Below are positions 8,106 to 17,178 of a stretch of 64,000 nucleotides of DNA, piece after piece. The position numbers and the translations under genes were made by a program. The notes beneath the pieces are model-generated. The model saw only the letters and a program-made list of their open reading frames with translations. It did not search any database and was not told the origin of the DNA. Source of the DNA: a virus (Duplodnaviria; Caudoviricetes). Numbering within the stretch: the stretch's first letter is position 1; each line of letters begins with the position of its first letter. The stretch is taken from positions 37,314 through 101,313 of IMG/VR virus record IMGVR_UViG_3300006846_000001. The stretch is one strand, 5' to 3'.

Positions 8106-9751
8106 GCTGCCTCCATGGCCTGTACGACGCGGCCGACGATCCATTGCATCTTGGGGTGCGGGACGGCGTTGCCGGCGAGTTTGATCTGGTGCTTCTTCGG
8201 GAGGTCGGTGGGGATGTAGCCCGGGGGGAATGCTTGGAAGCCGGCGATCTCGGGGGGTTCCAGCATCCGGTATAGGCAGGCGTCAATGGCCTCCTCGAGG
8301 GTGGCCCGGTCCCGTGGGGTGAGGAGGGCCCACGCGTCCTTCGTGAGGATGGTGCCCACCGGGCCGTCCGTGGGTAGGGCCAGGCCGGTCCGGTTGTAGG
8401 GCAGGAGGAGGCTCTGGGCGGCCGTGCTCGTCAAGGTGCGGGCCGGCTCGTCGACGGAGGTGACCATCTCGGCGCCGCCGCGGTTGTTGCGCATGAGGAG
8501 GGCGTGGCGGTTCCCGGAGGTGGTGATGGTCCCGATGGGCTGGTCGGTGGAGCGCGCCGTGTTGTGGGGGTTGTTGGCGATGACCAGCCCGTCAGGTGGC
8601 GGCCCGAGGAGGGCGTGGTGGGTTCCGCCTGCCGTCACGGTGGGTGCTGGGCCGGATGTGGGCCATGCTCGGCCGTTGTTGCGCGACGGGATGATCATCG
8701 GTTCCAGGAGCGCGGGCCGGTCGTCTGACGCGGCGACGGTCCACATGGGCTCCTGCACGCTGCGGGTGCGGCAGTTGTCTGAGCCGCCGTGGTGGGACTG
8801 GACGAGGTAGGGATGCGGCTCCACGAGGGCGTGGGTGGCCGTGGTCGACACGACGGTCAGCGGCTCTGATACGGGGTGGGAGCGGTTGCCGGGGGTGCGC
8901 TCATGAACGTGCCCGGCGCCGGCCGTGACGAGGGGCACCCACCCGTGTTTCACGAGGCCGGCGGCTACCCGAAAGCGGGTGTTGGGGACGAGGGCTTTCT
9001 TGCGGCCGCCGATGGGCTCGGATGGGAGGCGGAAGTCGATCACGTCAGTGGCGGGGCGCACGGGGGGCTCAGCGGGCTTGCCGCAGCGGATGCACGCCCA
9101 GAACCACTGTTGGCGGTAGCGGCCTACCGTCCGGCCGTTCTTCCAGGCTTGGCGCACGGTGGTGGCCACGTCGCAGCGGGGGCAGTGGGCGGGGAGCTCC
9201 AGCTCCAGGTTGGGGCGGAGGCCCGGCCGCCAGAAGACCATGTAGACCCGGTCCCGGCTCTGGGGGATGCCGAAGTGCATGGCGTTGTGGGAGAGGATGG
9301 CGTGCTCGTAGCCGAGGTCCTTCATGGCCTGGAGCCACGACGGGAACAGGACCCAGCGGGTCACCTCCACCACGTTCTCCACGATGACGGCCGCGTAGAT
9401 CATCTGCTCAGCGAAGCGCACGACGTCCCACATCGTGGCCCGGGAGCGTTCGGCGGCCGGGTCGGGGGCGTCCCACAGGGTGGGGTCCTGACGCCGGCGT
9501 GAGACGCCGCGGGCTTGGGAGTGGTTCACGCATTCGGGTGACGCGATGAGGATGTCGGTCCTGGGCCAGCGGCGGGGGTCGACGCCGGAGATGTCGGCCA
9601 GGTCGTGGGCGGCGTTGGGGAAGTTGGCCTGGTGAACGTCGATGGCCACCTCCCAGTGGTTGGCGGCCATCACCAGCTCGACGCCGGCGCCGGAGGCTCC
9701 CAGGCTGGAGCCTCCGGCGCCGCAGAACATGTCGGTGGCCGTGATCGTCAC
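8102..9751 (-). CDS. DNA (cytosine-5) methyltransferase
   Basis: Motif I FCGAGG, IV SPEC, VI ENV, VIII QSRDRVY, X AGNAV. Confidence 0.92.
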   Translation of the reverse strand: MTITATDMFCGAGGSSLGASGAGVELVMAANHWEVAIDVHQANFPNAAHDLADISGVDPRRWPRTDILIASPECVNHSQARGVSRRRQDPTLWDAPDPAAERSRATMWDVVRFAEQMIYAAVIVENVVEVTRWVLFPSWLQAMKDLGYEHAILSHNAMHFGIPQSRDRVYMVFWRPGLRPNLELELPAHCPRCDVATTVRQAWKNGRTVGRYRQQWFWACIRCGKPAEPPVRPATDVIDFRLPSEPIGGRKKALVPNTRFRVAAGLVKHGWVPLVTAGAGHVHERTPGNRSHPVSEPLTVVSTTATHALVEPHPYLVQSHHGGSDNCRTRSVQEPMWTVAASDDRPALLEPMIIPSRNNGRAWPTSGPAPTVTAGGTHHALLGPPPDGLVIANNPHNTARSTDQPIGTITTSGNRHALLMRNNRGGAEMVTSVDEPARTLTSTAAQSLLLPYNRTGLALPTDGPVGTILTKDAWALLTPRDRATLEEAIDACLYRMLEPPEIAGFQAFPPGYIPTDLPKKHQIKLAGNAVPHPKMQWIVGRVVQAMEAA

Positions 9752-9953
9752 TGATCCTCAGCTTCCACGGTGGCCCGGTACGACTCGGCCGCCGCCCTCG
9801 TGGCCTCGATGTTGATCTTGGCCATGCGCTCGGCGTGGTTGCGGCGGTTGTACTTCAGGCATCCGATCGTCACGGAGGCGACTGACACGGCGGCGGAGGC
9901 GGCCCAGGCGGCCATGGCCCACGCGTCGTAAACGTTGGTCGCGGTGGCGGTGA

Positions 9954-10586
9954 TCACAGCTCGTGCTTCCTTTCCTGGATGACCTGGTACCGCACGTACG
10001 CCACGATGCCCTCGGGGTAGCGGTCCATGATGCGGCCCAGGCGGGCCAGAGACTCGGGGGTCTCTTGGCGGTCGAAGCGCTGGGCCTGGCGCCCCTCGAA
10101 GTCTCGGATGTCCACGAGCTGGAGGAGGGGCTGGATCTCGCCGATCTCGAGGAGGTCCGTCACGGTCCCAGCGATGCCCGGACAGCCGAGGGCCGCCCAG
10201 CGGGCGCAGGGCTCGCAGCACGGCGGCTCGATCAGGTACTGGCCTCCGTGGTTGTCGGTGGTCTCCACGAGGCCGGGGTGGTTGGGCAGGAAGCCGTGCT
10301 CGTGGATCTCATCGCCGCAGATTTGGCAGACGCCGTGGAGGACGGCGCGGCGCTGGCGCTCGGCGTTCATGACCCCGAAGACGGGCGTGCCCCGTCCGGG
10401 CCGGCCCTTCGTGAAGTAGGCGACCCGACCGACTAGGGGGTCGTAGCGGACGGTGCTCTGACCCTCACTCGACCAGGACGCCACCCACGGGACGGGCAGG
10501 CCCCGGCGGATGGGCAGGTGCTGGAGGAAGGTCGGGATGGGTGGCCGGGGGTGCGGGCCCCGACGCGGCGGGGATGGGGTGCTCAC
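9954..10586 (-). CDS. Phage hypothetical protein with CxxC motifs
   Basis: RGLPVPWVASW...RQRRAVLHGVCQICG...EPPCCEPCA. Confidence 0.55.
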   Translation of the reverse strand: MSTPSPPRRGPHPRPPIPTFLQHLPIRRGLPVPWVASWSSEGQSTVRYDPLVGRVAYFTKGRPGRGTPVFGVMNAERQRRAVLHGVCQICGDEIHEHGFLPNHPGLVETTDNHGGQYLIEPPCCEPCARWAALGCPGIAGTVTDLLEIGEIQPLLQLVDIRDFEGRQAQRFDRQETPESLARLGRIMDRYPEGIVAYVRYQVIQERKHEL

Positions 10587-11041
10587 GGCCGCAGGAGCCA
10601 CTCGTTGATGGCGGCGAGTGTCCCGCGGCGCAGGTGCGGGGGTTGGCGGCGCATGATGTCACGCAGGCCGTGGAGTGTGATGGCGCCGATGTCGCCGTTG
10701 TCCCGGGCGAGGCGAGCGGCGGCCTGGTTGGCGCTGACCTCCTGCTCGGCGGCCATGGCCTCGGCGCGCCAGCGGTTCATGTCCTCAGCGTCATCGTGCA
10801 TGCCGGCATAGCGGACCGAGTCGAAGTTGGCCGAGATGCGGCCCTCTTCACGGTGCCAGACGGTGAGTGTGTAGCGGCCTCCGATGGCGGGGTGGCGTAT
10901 GACCTTCCCGTTGAAGGCCCGGCTCTTGCCGCTCGGATCGAGGAACACGTGGGCCGGCTTGCCATCCTCGTAGCCGCCGCGGCGGCCGATGTACGTCCAG
11001 GTCTCAGTGGTGCCCTCATCAGGGTCAGTGGTGGTGCTCAT
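10583..11041 (-). CDS. Hypothetical protein (MSTTTDP...), leaderless cassette gene
   Basis: ATGAGCAC start 10 nt from the palindrome; the ORF track start is over-extended. Confidence 0.7.
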   Translation of the reverse strand: MSTTTDPDEGTTETWTYIGRRGGYEDGKPAHVFLDPSGKSRAFNGKVIRHPAIGGRYTLTVWHREEGRISANFDSVRYAGMHDDAEDMNRWRAEAMAAEQEVSANQAAARLARDNGDIGAITLHGLRDIMRRQPPHLRRGTLAAINEWLLRP

Positions 11042-11051
11042 ACCGAGGACA

Positions 11052-11065
11052 CTAACCCGGGTTAG
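11052..11065 (-). promoter_or_regulatory. Palindromic promoter/operator CTAACCCGGGTTAG
   Basis: Exact copy; -10 TAGTGT, -35-like CTAGAC. Confidence 0.9.
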
Positions 11066-11688
11066 CGGGGCGTGTCTAGTGGGGCGTCGACGGGGAGGCG
11101 TGGATTCACAGCCTCGTCGTGGATGCCCTGGCGCTGGAGGTCCCACAGCGCCTCGCCGAGGGGGGAGCGGGTCAACTCGGAGCGGACCTCCCGCTCCCGG
11201 GCGGCCTCGCCCCACACGTGGCGGCAGGATCGGCAGAACAGGAACCACTTCGTGCCGTGGTCCGCCGTCTGGTAGGACACGGCGCGGCGGGTGGGGTCGT
11301 CCTGTTGGTAGACGGCGCGGCAGGCGGGGCAGGCCACGACTTGGAGGTGGCGGCGGCCGGCGCAGTCGGCGGGGCCGTGGAGGGGGCGGGGCATCCACCC
11401 GGGGAGGGGGATCATGCCGTCGTAGCTGGCCTCGATGAGGCGCACATCGCAGCCTGCGTGGCCGAGGGTGATGACGGCGCCCGTGTCCCAGCCGCCGGTC
11501 TGGGCGTCGTAGAAGGGCACGTCCCCGATGCTGTAGCCGTCAAACCAGCGGGTCCAGTCGTCGCGGGCGGTGGCGGCGTTGGCCTTGGGGCGGCCGGGGT
11601 AGCTGCGTTGTGTGATCGTCTTGGCGATGACGAGGGTGGGGCCGATGACCTCGCAGGTGTTGCAGGCCAGCACGAGGCGGGTCGTCAC
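11062..11688 (-). CDS. Hypothetical Cys-rich protein
   Basis: CNTC, CPAC and CRSC pairs. Confidence 0.55.
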   Translation of the reverse strand: MTTRLVLACNTCEVIGPTLVIAKTITQRSYPGRPKANAATARDDWTRWFDGYSIGDVPFYDAQTGGWDTGAVITLGHAGCDVRLIEASYDGMIPLPGWMPRPLHGPADCAGRRHLQVVACPACRAVYQQDDPTRRAVSYQTADHGTKWFLFCRSCRHVWGEAAREREVRSELTRSPLGEALWDLQRQGIHDEAVNPRLPVDAPLDTPR

Positions 11689-11978
11689 AGGATGCTCCCA
11701 ACGGGCTTGCGGTCAAGGCCGCGGATGGTGTTGTTGTAGCGGGCGTCGAGGTCGGCGCACATGTCCCACACGTCGATCATGTCGGGGGCGCCGCGGGCGT
11801 GGCGTTGGCCGGGGTAGCAGTCGCGGCAGGCGGGCCAGTCGCGGGCCTCGTCGAAGTCCACGACGGTCACGGTCCGGCCGCAGCGGGCCCGGTCGGTGGG
11901 CGCCCCCGTCGGTTGGTTGACGGCGTGGACGCGGTCGATGTTGCCGCGCAGGGCCAGGGCATGGGCGAGGGTGCTCAC
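11685..11978 (-). CDS. Hypothetical protein (GTGAGCAC start, leaderless -10 TACCCT)
   Basis: ORF track; preceded by a GC hairpin at about 11994-12030. Confidence 0.55.
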   Translation of the reverse strand: MSTLAHALALRGNIDRVHAVNQPTGAPTDRARCGRTVTVVDFDEARDWPACRDCYPGQRHARGAPDMIDVWDMCADLDARYNNTIRGLDRKPVGSIL

Positions 11979-12032
11979 GGGGGTAAGGGTACGTCCGGGC
12001 CGGGGCGCCGAAGGGGGGCCCCGGCCCGGAGA

Positions 12033-13373
12033 TCAGTCGCTCACCCGGGGGGCCGCGGTGGTGCCGGCGGCCTTCCACGCGTCGATGGCGGAGCGAAGGC
12101 GGCCGCGCTTGCGGGGACTGGGGCCGAGGGAGGAGCGGGGCATGGACGGGTCTGGGCGGGTGACGATGGCCGGCGTCCCGCCGGATGTGCGGCGGCTCGG
12201 CGGCTCAGACGGATCGTGGGGCATGGGGATCAGGCCCATGGCCGCGGTGGGGGCCTGCGGCTCGGGGAGGATCTCGACGCCGGTGATGTCGCCCGTCATG
12301 TCAGCGTCACCGTTGCCGGGCCGGCCCTTGCGGTCGTAGAAGCCCTCGAACTCCTCGGTCGCCTCCCTGGGGGCGGGGCGGGCAGTGACGGGCGGAGCGG
12401 GCACGTGGGCCTGGCGTGCGGCCCCCTCAGCCTCAGGGTGCCACTCGTTGGCGTTGGTGAAGCCCAGGGCGCCGATCAGCTCCTGAGCGGCGGTGAGCCA
12501 GTCGAACCATCGCCAGCCGGCCACCGCGGGCAGGCGGCCGCCGTTGGGATCCACGAAGTCTCGGGTCTCCCGGAAGGCGGCGATGGCCTCGACGAGTATC
12601 TCGACGAGGGCTTCCTCGCGGGCGAGGGGGTGTTGGCCCGTCAGCTCTCGGGCGATGATGCCCTGGAGCCACCGGACGTCCGCGGCGTCTACATGCTGGT
12701 TTTCGCCGTTCGGTGTGACGAACAGGGCGTAGGGCGGGGAGGTGCTGCCCTCGGGGAAGCCGAAGGACTCGACCGTCCAGCCGGTGCGGGTCGGGCGGCC
12801 GTGCCCGTCGGTGGGGCAGTTGGGGCACGCCACCTCGATATAGAAGCCCTCCTCGCCGTTGTTCAGCGGCATCGGGTTGGGCAGGCCGGGCGACCACGGG
12901 TAGGCGGTGAAGTCACCCTCCCAGACGTGGGCGCTGTCCCGGCGGGCTTCGAGGGTCACCCACCAGCCGCGCACCTCAGGGCGGTAGTCGCGTAGCGCCT
13001 CGACGGCCGCCTCGATGAGGCCGGCCCGGTTGGCGCCGGGGACCACGAACGTCACCCGTCCTGACAGTTGGGCCACCGGCGCCGGGGCGGCCGTCAGGAG
13101 GCCGGCGGCCTCGTCGCTGATGCGCTGCTCCTCCCTGTCGAGGAGGGACGAGATGGCGGAGCGGACCTCGGTCTCATCGACGCTGGGGTCGACGGGGGGC
13201 AGCCCGTCGAGGACGTCGCCCGTCGCCTCAGCGGCGGGCACCCGGTCGCGCTCGTCGCCGGGGAGGTCGAAGTCGTCCGGGTCGTGGTCCGGGCTGGGCG
13301 GGTCCTCGAACGTGCCGACGGTCGTAGTGTCCAGCTCGGGGACGGGCGGGGTGCCCTTGGGGGGCGTGGGCAT
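12033..13373 (-). CDS. Hypothetical acidic/Pro-rich protein
   Basis: 446-aa ORF with GAAGGAG SD. Confidence 0.6.
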   Translation of the reverse strand: MPTPPKGTPPVPELDTTTVGTFEDPPSPDHDPDDFDLPGDERDRVPAAEATGDVLDGLPPVDPSVDETEVRSAISSLLDREEQRISDEAAGLLTAAPAPVAQLSGRVTFVVPGANRAGLIEAAVEALRDYRPEVRGWWVTLEARRDSAHVWEGDFTAYPWSPGLPNPMPLNNGEEGFYIEVACPNCPTDGHGRPTRTGWTVESFGFPEGSTSPPYALFVTPNGENQHVDAADVRWLQGIIARELTGQHPLAREEALVEILVEAIAAFRETRDFVDPNGGRLPAVAGWRWFDWLTAAQELIGALGFTNANEWHPEAEGAARQAHVPAPPVTARPAPREATEEFEGFYDRKGRPGNGDADMTGDITGVEILPEPQAPTAAMGLIPMPHDPSEPPSRRTSGGTPAIVTRPDPSMPRSSLGPSPRKRGRLRSAIDAWKAAGTTAAPRVSD

Positions 13374-13417
13374 GGCAGGGGGCTCCTTCGGTGATCGATG
13401 GCGTCCAGGGGCTGGGG

Positions 13418-13993
13418 TCAGCCCTTGGCGGCGTCGGCCTGGCGGGCCAGGGTGTCGGCCAGGAGGGTGGCGGCGTGGTTGGTGAGGGCGTCCTTGATCT
13501 GGGCCTTGCCCTTGTCCAGAGCACCGCGCAGCTCGGCCGTCAGGGTGCGGTCGAGGGCCTCGTTGATGATCTGGGTGATGCGGGTCTGGCGGCCGCCGCG
13601 GGAGGTGCTGACGGACTCACCGAGCCACGCCTCGCCCTTCGCCGCGATCAGGTCGGTGAGGGTCGTGGCCTCACAGACGCCCTCGCCCATGCGGTTGGTG
13701 GGCTGGATGGCCCGAGTCAACGCGTCCGCCAGGATGGGCTCGAGGAGCTTGGCCAGCAACTCGTCTCGGATCTGGCCGATGCGGTGGGTCAGACCGGTCC
13801 ACATGGACTTGTCCTGGGTGGCCTGCTCGATGAGGGCGGCGATGACGCCGTCAAGGACCAGGTCCTCAAGGGTGGCCGGCTCGTCGTAGTGCTCCTCGTA
13901 GGGCCCGTCGCTGGTGTAGGTCACGACGCGGCGGCGCCGGGACAGGGCCTGGTCGAGGTTGACGGTGACCTGGACGGTGATGGGCTCGGTCAA
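13418..13993 (-). CDS. Hypothetical protein
   Basis: TTG start coupled to a 12-codon upstream ORF. Confidence 0.6.
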   Translation of the reverse strand: MTEPITVQVTVNLDQALSRRRRVVTYTSDGPYEEHYDEPATLEDLVLDGVIAALIEQATQDKSMWTGLTHRIGQIRDELLAKLLEPILADALTRAIQPTNRMGEGVCEATTLTDLIAAKGEAWLGESVSTSRGGRQTRITQIINEALDRTLTAELRGALDKGKAQIKDALTNHAATLLADTLARQADAAKG

Positions 13994-14184
13994 CCCTCGT
14001 CCTCCATCATCCGGTTGAGGTTGGGCATGGCTCTCCTAGGGGTTGGGGTGGTGGTTGGAGAACGGGCCGGCCGCCGCCCGGCCCTGAGCACGAGGCCATG
14101 TGGGCGGCGGCCGGTCGCACCGCGAGGAGTCCCGGTGCGAGGGTGGGAGGCCCCAGCCGGCAGCAGGCCGGGGCCTCCCATGAG

Positions 14185-15372
14185 CTACGCAGCGGCGGCG
14201 GCCAACTCCAGCGATCGCACAGCGTCAGCCTCCATGGCGTGGGCCGTGTCGGCGTTGAGTTGCTGCTGTGCCGCGGCGGTGACGGCGTGCATCACGCCAC
14301 CGGCGGTGCGGACGCCGCCGTCCATGAACATGGAGAAGACGGATTCGCGCTGGGCGTCGGTGTAGAGGAGGCTCTTGGCCACGTGCTCGATGACGGCGGC
14401 CGGCTCATCGACGGGCGTGCCGGCCAACTCGTTCAGCTCGGCGACCTTGCGCTTCACGTACTCGGCGTCGAGGAAGGTGCGGACGACGTCGGTGGTCTCG
14501 GCCTTGACGAGGGCCAGGTAGGCGATCTGCGTCTCGCGGCTGGGCTCGACGATGCCGGTGTCGGGCTTGCCGCCGCCGAGGTGGACCTTGCGGAACACGT
14601 CGCGCGTCATGGTCATGCCGTTGCCGCAAATCTGGACGGTGAGCTGGGGCGTCAGGGTGTAGGCGCCGCCGCCCGTCTCGCTGTTCGTCAGGACGAACCC
14701 GGCGAAGACGGTGGGGTTCTCGTCGCCCGTCTGGCCGCTGTAGGGCGACCGGTATCCGGCGAGTAGCTCGGGGGCGGCGATGGCCACGGAGGGGGCCTGG
14801 ATCTTGACGTACATGCGCGACTCGGTGAGGTCGCACTGCCCGACTTGGACCTCCAGCCCGGAGGACTGGACGGCGTCGAGGGCGGTGACGAGGACGTCGA
14901 GGTGGTCGATGATGCCGTAGCCCTGGGATAGGACGGCCCGGAGGATGCCCTTGCCCTCGTCGCCGCGGAAGGTCCGCAGGAGCCAGGGCTTCGTGAGGGG
15001 GTCGCCGCCCTCGGTGTAGCCGGCGCACCAGCCGTTCGCTGCGGCGCCTAGGGGGCTGCGGCCGTGCAACATGCCATTGACGGCCACATCGAAGATGTCG
15101 GGGCGCTGGTCGCGGAGGGCCCGCAGGTAGGGGGCGGGGGTGTTGATGCGCTCGGCGAGGCCGCCGATGGCCGTGTCGGTGATGACGTAGGTCCCGTCGG
15201 CCATGGTCACCCCGTCGGCGGTGATCTGCGGGTCGACGCCGGTGATCGTCAGGTTGCCCTCGTGGGCGGCGATGAGGCCGCCGTGGGCTATGACGTCGAC
15301 CTTGCGGGTGTGCTGCTCCTGGAGGAGTTGACTCAGCTCTGCCAGGCCCTGGTTGCGGAGGTCGGTGTGCAT
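14185..15372 (-). CDS. DUF932/DUF945-like phage/plasmid protein
   Basis: RAVLSQGYGIIDH, GFVLTNSETGGGA, ICGNGM and H motifs; SD GAAGGGGA; palindrome promoter upstream. Confidence 0.7.
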   Translation of the reverse strand: MHTDLRNQGLAELSQLLQEQHTRKVDVIAHGGLIAAHEGNLTITGVDPQITADGVTMADGTYVITDTAIGGLAERINTPAPYLRALRDQRPDIFDVAVNGMLHGRSPLGAAANGWCAGYTEGGDPLTKPWLLRTFRGDEGKGILRAVLSQGYGIIDHLDVLVTALDAVQSSGLEVQVGQCDLTESRMYVKIQAPSVAIAAPELLAGYRSPYSGQTGDENPTVFAGFVLTNSETGGGAYTLTPQLTVQICGNGMTMTRDVFRKVHLGGGKPDTGIVEPSRETQIAYLALVKAETTDVVRTFLDAEYVKRKVAELNELAGTPVDEPAAVIEHVAKSLLYTDAQRESVFSMFMDGGVRTAGGVMHAVTAAAQQQLNADTAHAMEADAVRSLELAAAAA

Positions 15373-15427
15373 GCTCAGATTCCCCTTCTCGAGGCCCCGG
15401 GTGGGGTCCGGGGCCGCTGCGGGGAAC

Positions 15428-15441
15428 CTTACCCGGGTTAG
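15428..15441 (-). promoter_or_regulatory. Palindrome variant CTTACCCGGGTTAG
   Basis: -10 TAAGGT and -35-like CTAGAC at the same spacing as the other copies. Confidence 0.8.
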
Positions 15442-15451
15442 TGCGGGGTGT

Positions 15452-16561
15452 CTAGGCGTTGCGGAGGTACTCGCCGGTGGTGCGGGCGATGGCCTCGTTG
15501 ATGGCCTCGACGTCGCCCTGGCTCCAGCCCTTGTCGGGGTAGGCGGGGCCGGTGCGGGCCATCTGCACGGCGATCTCTAGGGTTGCCTGGGTGGCGGCGC
15601 TCGCGGCCAGTTCCTTGGACATGGCGCGGGGGTGGGGGATGTGCACGGCCAGCCACGGCGTCGGGGTGTGGTTGATGAGGTCGTGGCCGATGACGGCGCA
15701 GCGATGCACGGGCACCTCGGCGCGGGCGACGGCATGCGTCACGGTCTCGCCGGCCAGGAGGACGACCCGGCCCCCGATGTTGGGCAGGATGCGGTGGACG
15801 GCGAACTCCTGCCACGTGACGGTGCTGACGCGGGACCAGTCGGCGATGGGCTCGGGGGAGAGGTTGATGGTGTCGAGGGCGTCAAGGAGCCGCCCGGGCC
15901 CCAGGCGCAGGTACTGCTCCAGGCGCTCGCCTCCCACGGTGCCTATGAAGGGCGCAGCGTCGGCCAGCTCCGGGCGGGGGGCGAGGCCCACGAGGAGGGG
16001 CTTGCGGAGGCCGGCGTCGGCGGGGGCGTGGCGGCAGCCGGTCGCGGCCAGCTCTGCTGCGGTGCCGGTGGGGGAGCCGGGGCACACGAGGCAGCGCATG
16101 CGCCCGAGGTCCGCGGCGACGGCGCTGTACTCGGTGAGGGCGGCGCGGTCCGCTGCGCTGATGTCGCGGTGGGGTGCGCCCACGGCGAGGATCACATGCG
16201 GCGAGTCGGGGCGGGCGGACACGGCGTGGGGCACGGCGCCCTCGACCATGTAGACCTGCCCGGCCTCGGTGGGGTAGATGGTGCCCTCCACGGTGATGGT
16301 GCCGTAGCCGCCCACGACGATCAGGAGGTGGTCGCCGGGGTGGGTGTGGGGGGCGAAGCCCTTGCCGGGAGGCACTGAGATCAGGTCGACGCCCAGGAAG
16401 CCGTTGCCCACGAGGGTGCGGCCCGTCGCCTCGGTGCCGTACATGGGTTGGGGGCCGGGACCGAGGCGGACTTGGACGGTGGACCGGTCAGCGTCCTGGC
16501 CGGTGTGCTCGGCCCACTGGGCGAGGATCAGGGACCCGTCGTCGTGCTGGTACGTCATCAC
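15452..16561 (-). CDS. Cupin domain fused to uracil-DNA-glycosylase-superfamily domain
   Basis: N-term FAPHTHPGDH...GAVPHAV (cupin His motifs); linker CLVC...CRH; C-term LLVGLAP, PFIG..GERL, TIN, VVLLAG, IPHP (UDG-like). Confidence 0.65.
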   Translation of the reverse strand: MMTYQHDDGSLILAQWAEHTGQDADRSTVQVRLGPGPQPMYGTEATGRTLVGNGFLGVDLISVPPGKGFAPHTHPGDHLLIVVGGYGTITVEGTIYPTEAGQVYMVEGAVPHAVSARPDSPHVILAVGAPHRDISAADRAALTEYSAVAADLGRMRCLVCPGSPTGTAAELAATGCRHAPADAGLRKPLLVGLAPRPELADAAPFIGTVGGERLEQYLRLGPGRLLDALDTINLSPEPIADWSRVSTVTWQEFAVHRILPNIGGRVVLLAGETVTHAVARAEVPVHRCAVIGHDLINHTPTPWLAVHIPHPRAMSKELAASAATQATLEIAVQMARTGPAYPDKGWSQGDVEAINEAIARTTGEYLRNA

Positions 16562-17178
16562 ATGCTCCAGATGAGATGGGCCTCGTCGGCTTCTAGGAGG
16601 CGGCCGGCGGGCAGCGGCGCCGAGGACACGGCCGCGTAGTCGCGGGTCACCTCGGCGTACAGGGGGTGGGCCGCTACCCTAACGCCCGTTACCCTCCCGG
16701 CGTACAGCCCGTCCGCGTCTGCCCAGATGAGGGCCTGTGGCGCACGGCATGCCAGTTGCAGGAGGGCGAAGCGGGCGCCCGGTGGGCGGTCCTGGCGGGC
16801 CAGGATGCGGAGGATGGCCTCCGAGTCGATGGTCACCTTGGCGGGGTCCTGGCCGAGGTCGGTGATGCACTCGGCGGTGAGGGTCCCGTTGTGGGCGAAG
16901 GCGACGCCGGCGTCGACCAGGGGCTGGCCCTCGTCAGGGTCGGGGGCGTCGCCGGGCCGGCGGGTGGAGGTGGCGAGGCGGGAGTGTCCAATTGCTATTG
17001 GACCGGGGGCGGGGGCGTCCTGTGCGGTGAGGCGCCCGGGGCGGCGGGTGACGGTCCAGCCTCCGGGGGCGGGGGTGGCCCAGCCGTGGGAGTGCGGGCC
17101 TCGGGCGGCGGCCCCGATGATGGCCGTTGCTCGGACCTCGGGGGGCACCTCTCCGGCGAGGGCTACGAGGCCGCACAT
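16558..17178 (-). CDS. Class II (Ntn) glutamine amidotransferase
   Basis: N-terminal MCG, RGPHSHG, GHSRLAT, QP, AHNG, DSE. Confidence 0.85.
   Translation of the reverse strand: MCGLVALAGEVPPEVRATAIIGAAARGPHSHGWATPAPGGWTVTRRPGRLTAQDAPAPGPIAIGHSRLATSTRRPGDAPDPDEGQPLVDAGVAFAHNGTLTAECITDLGQDPAKVTIDSEAILRILARQDRPPGARFALLQLACRAPQALIWADADGLYAGRVTGVRVAAHPLYAEVTRDYAAVSSAPLPAGRLLEADEAHLIWSM
16679..16692 (-). promoter_or_regulatory. Intragenic palindrome variant CTAACGCCCGTTAC
   Basis: Overlaps -10 TAGGGT; coincides with rare codons GTA/GTT/AGG in the GATase gene; upstream of the cupin-UDG gene. Confidence 0.5.
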
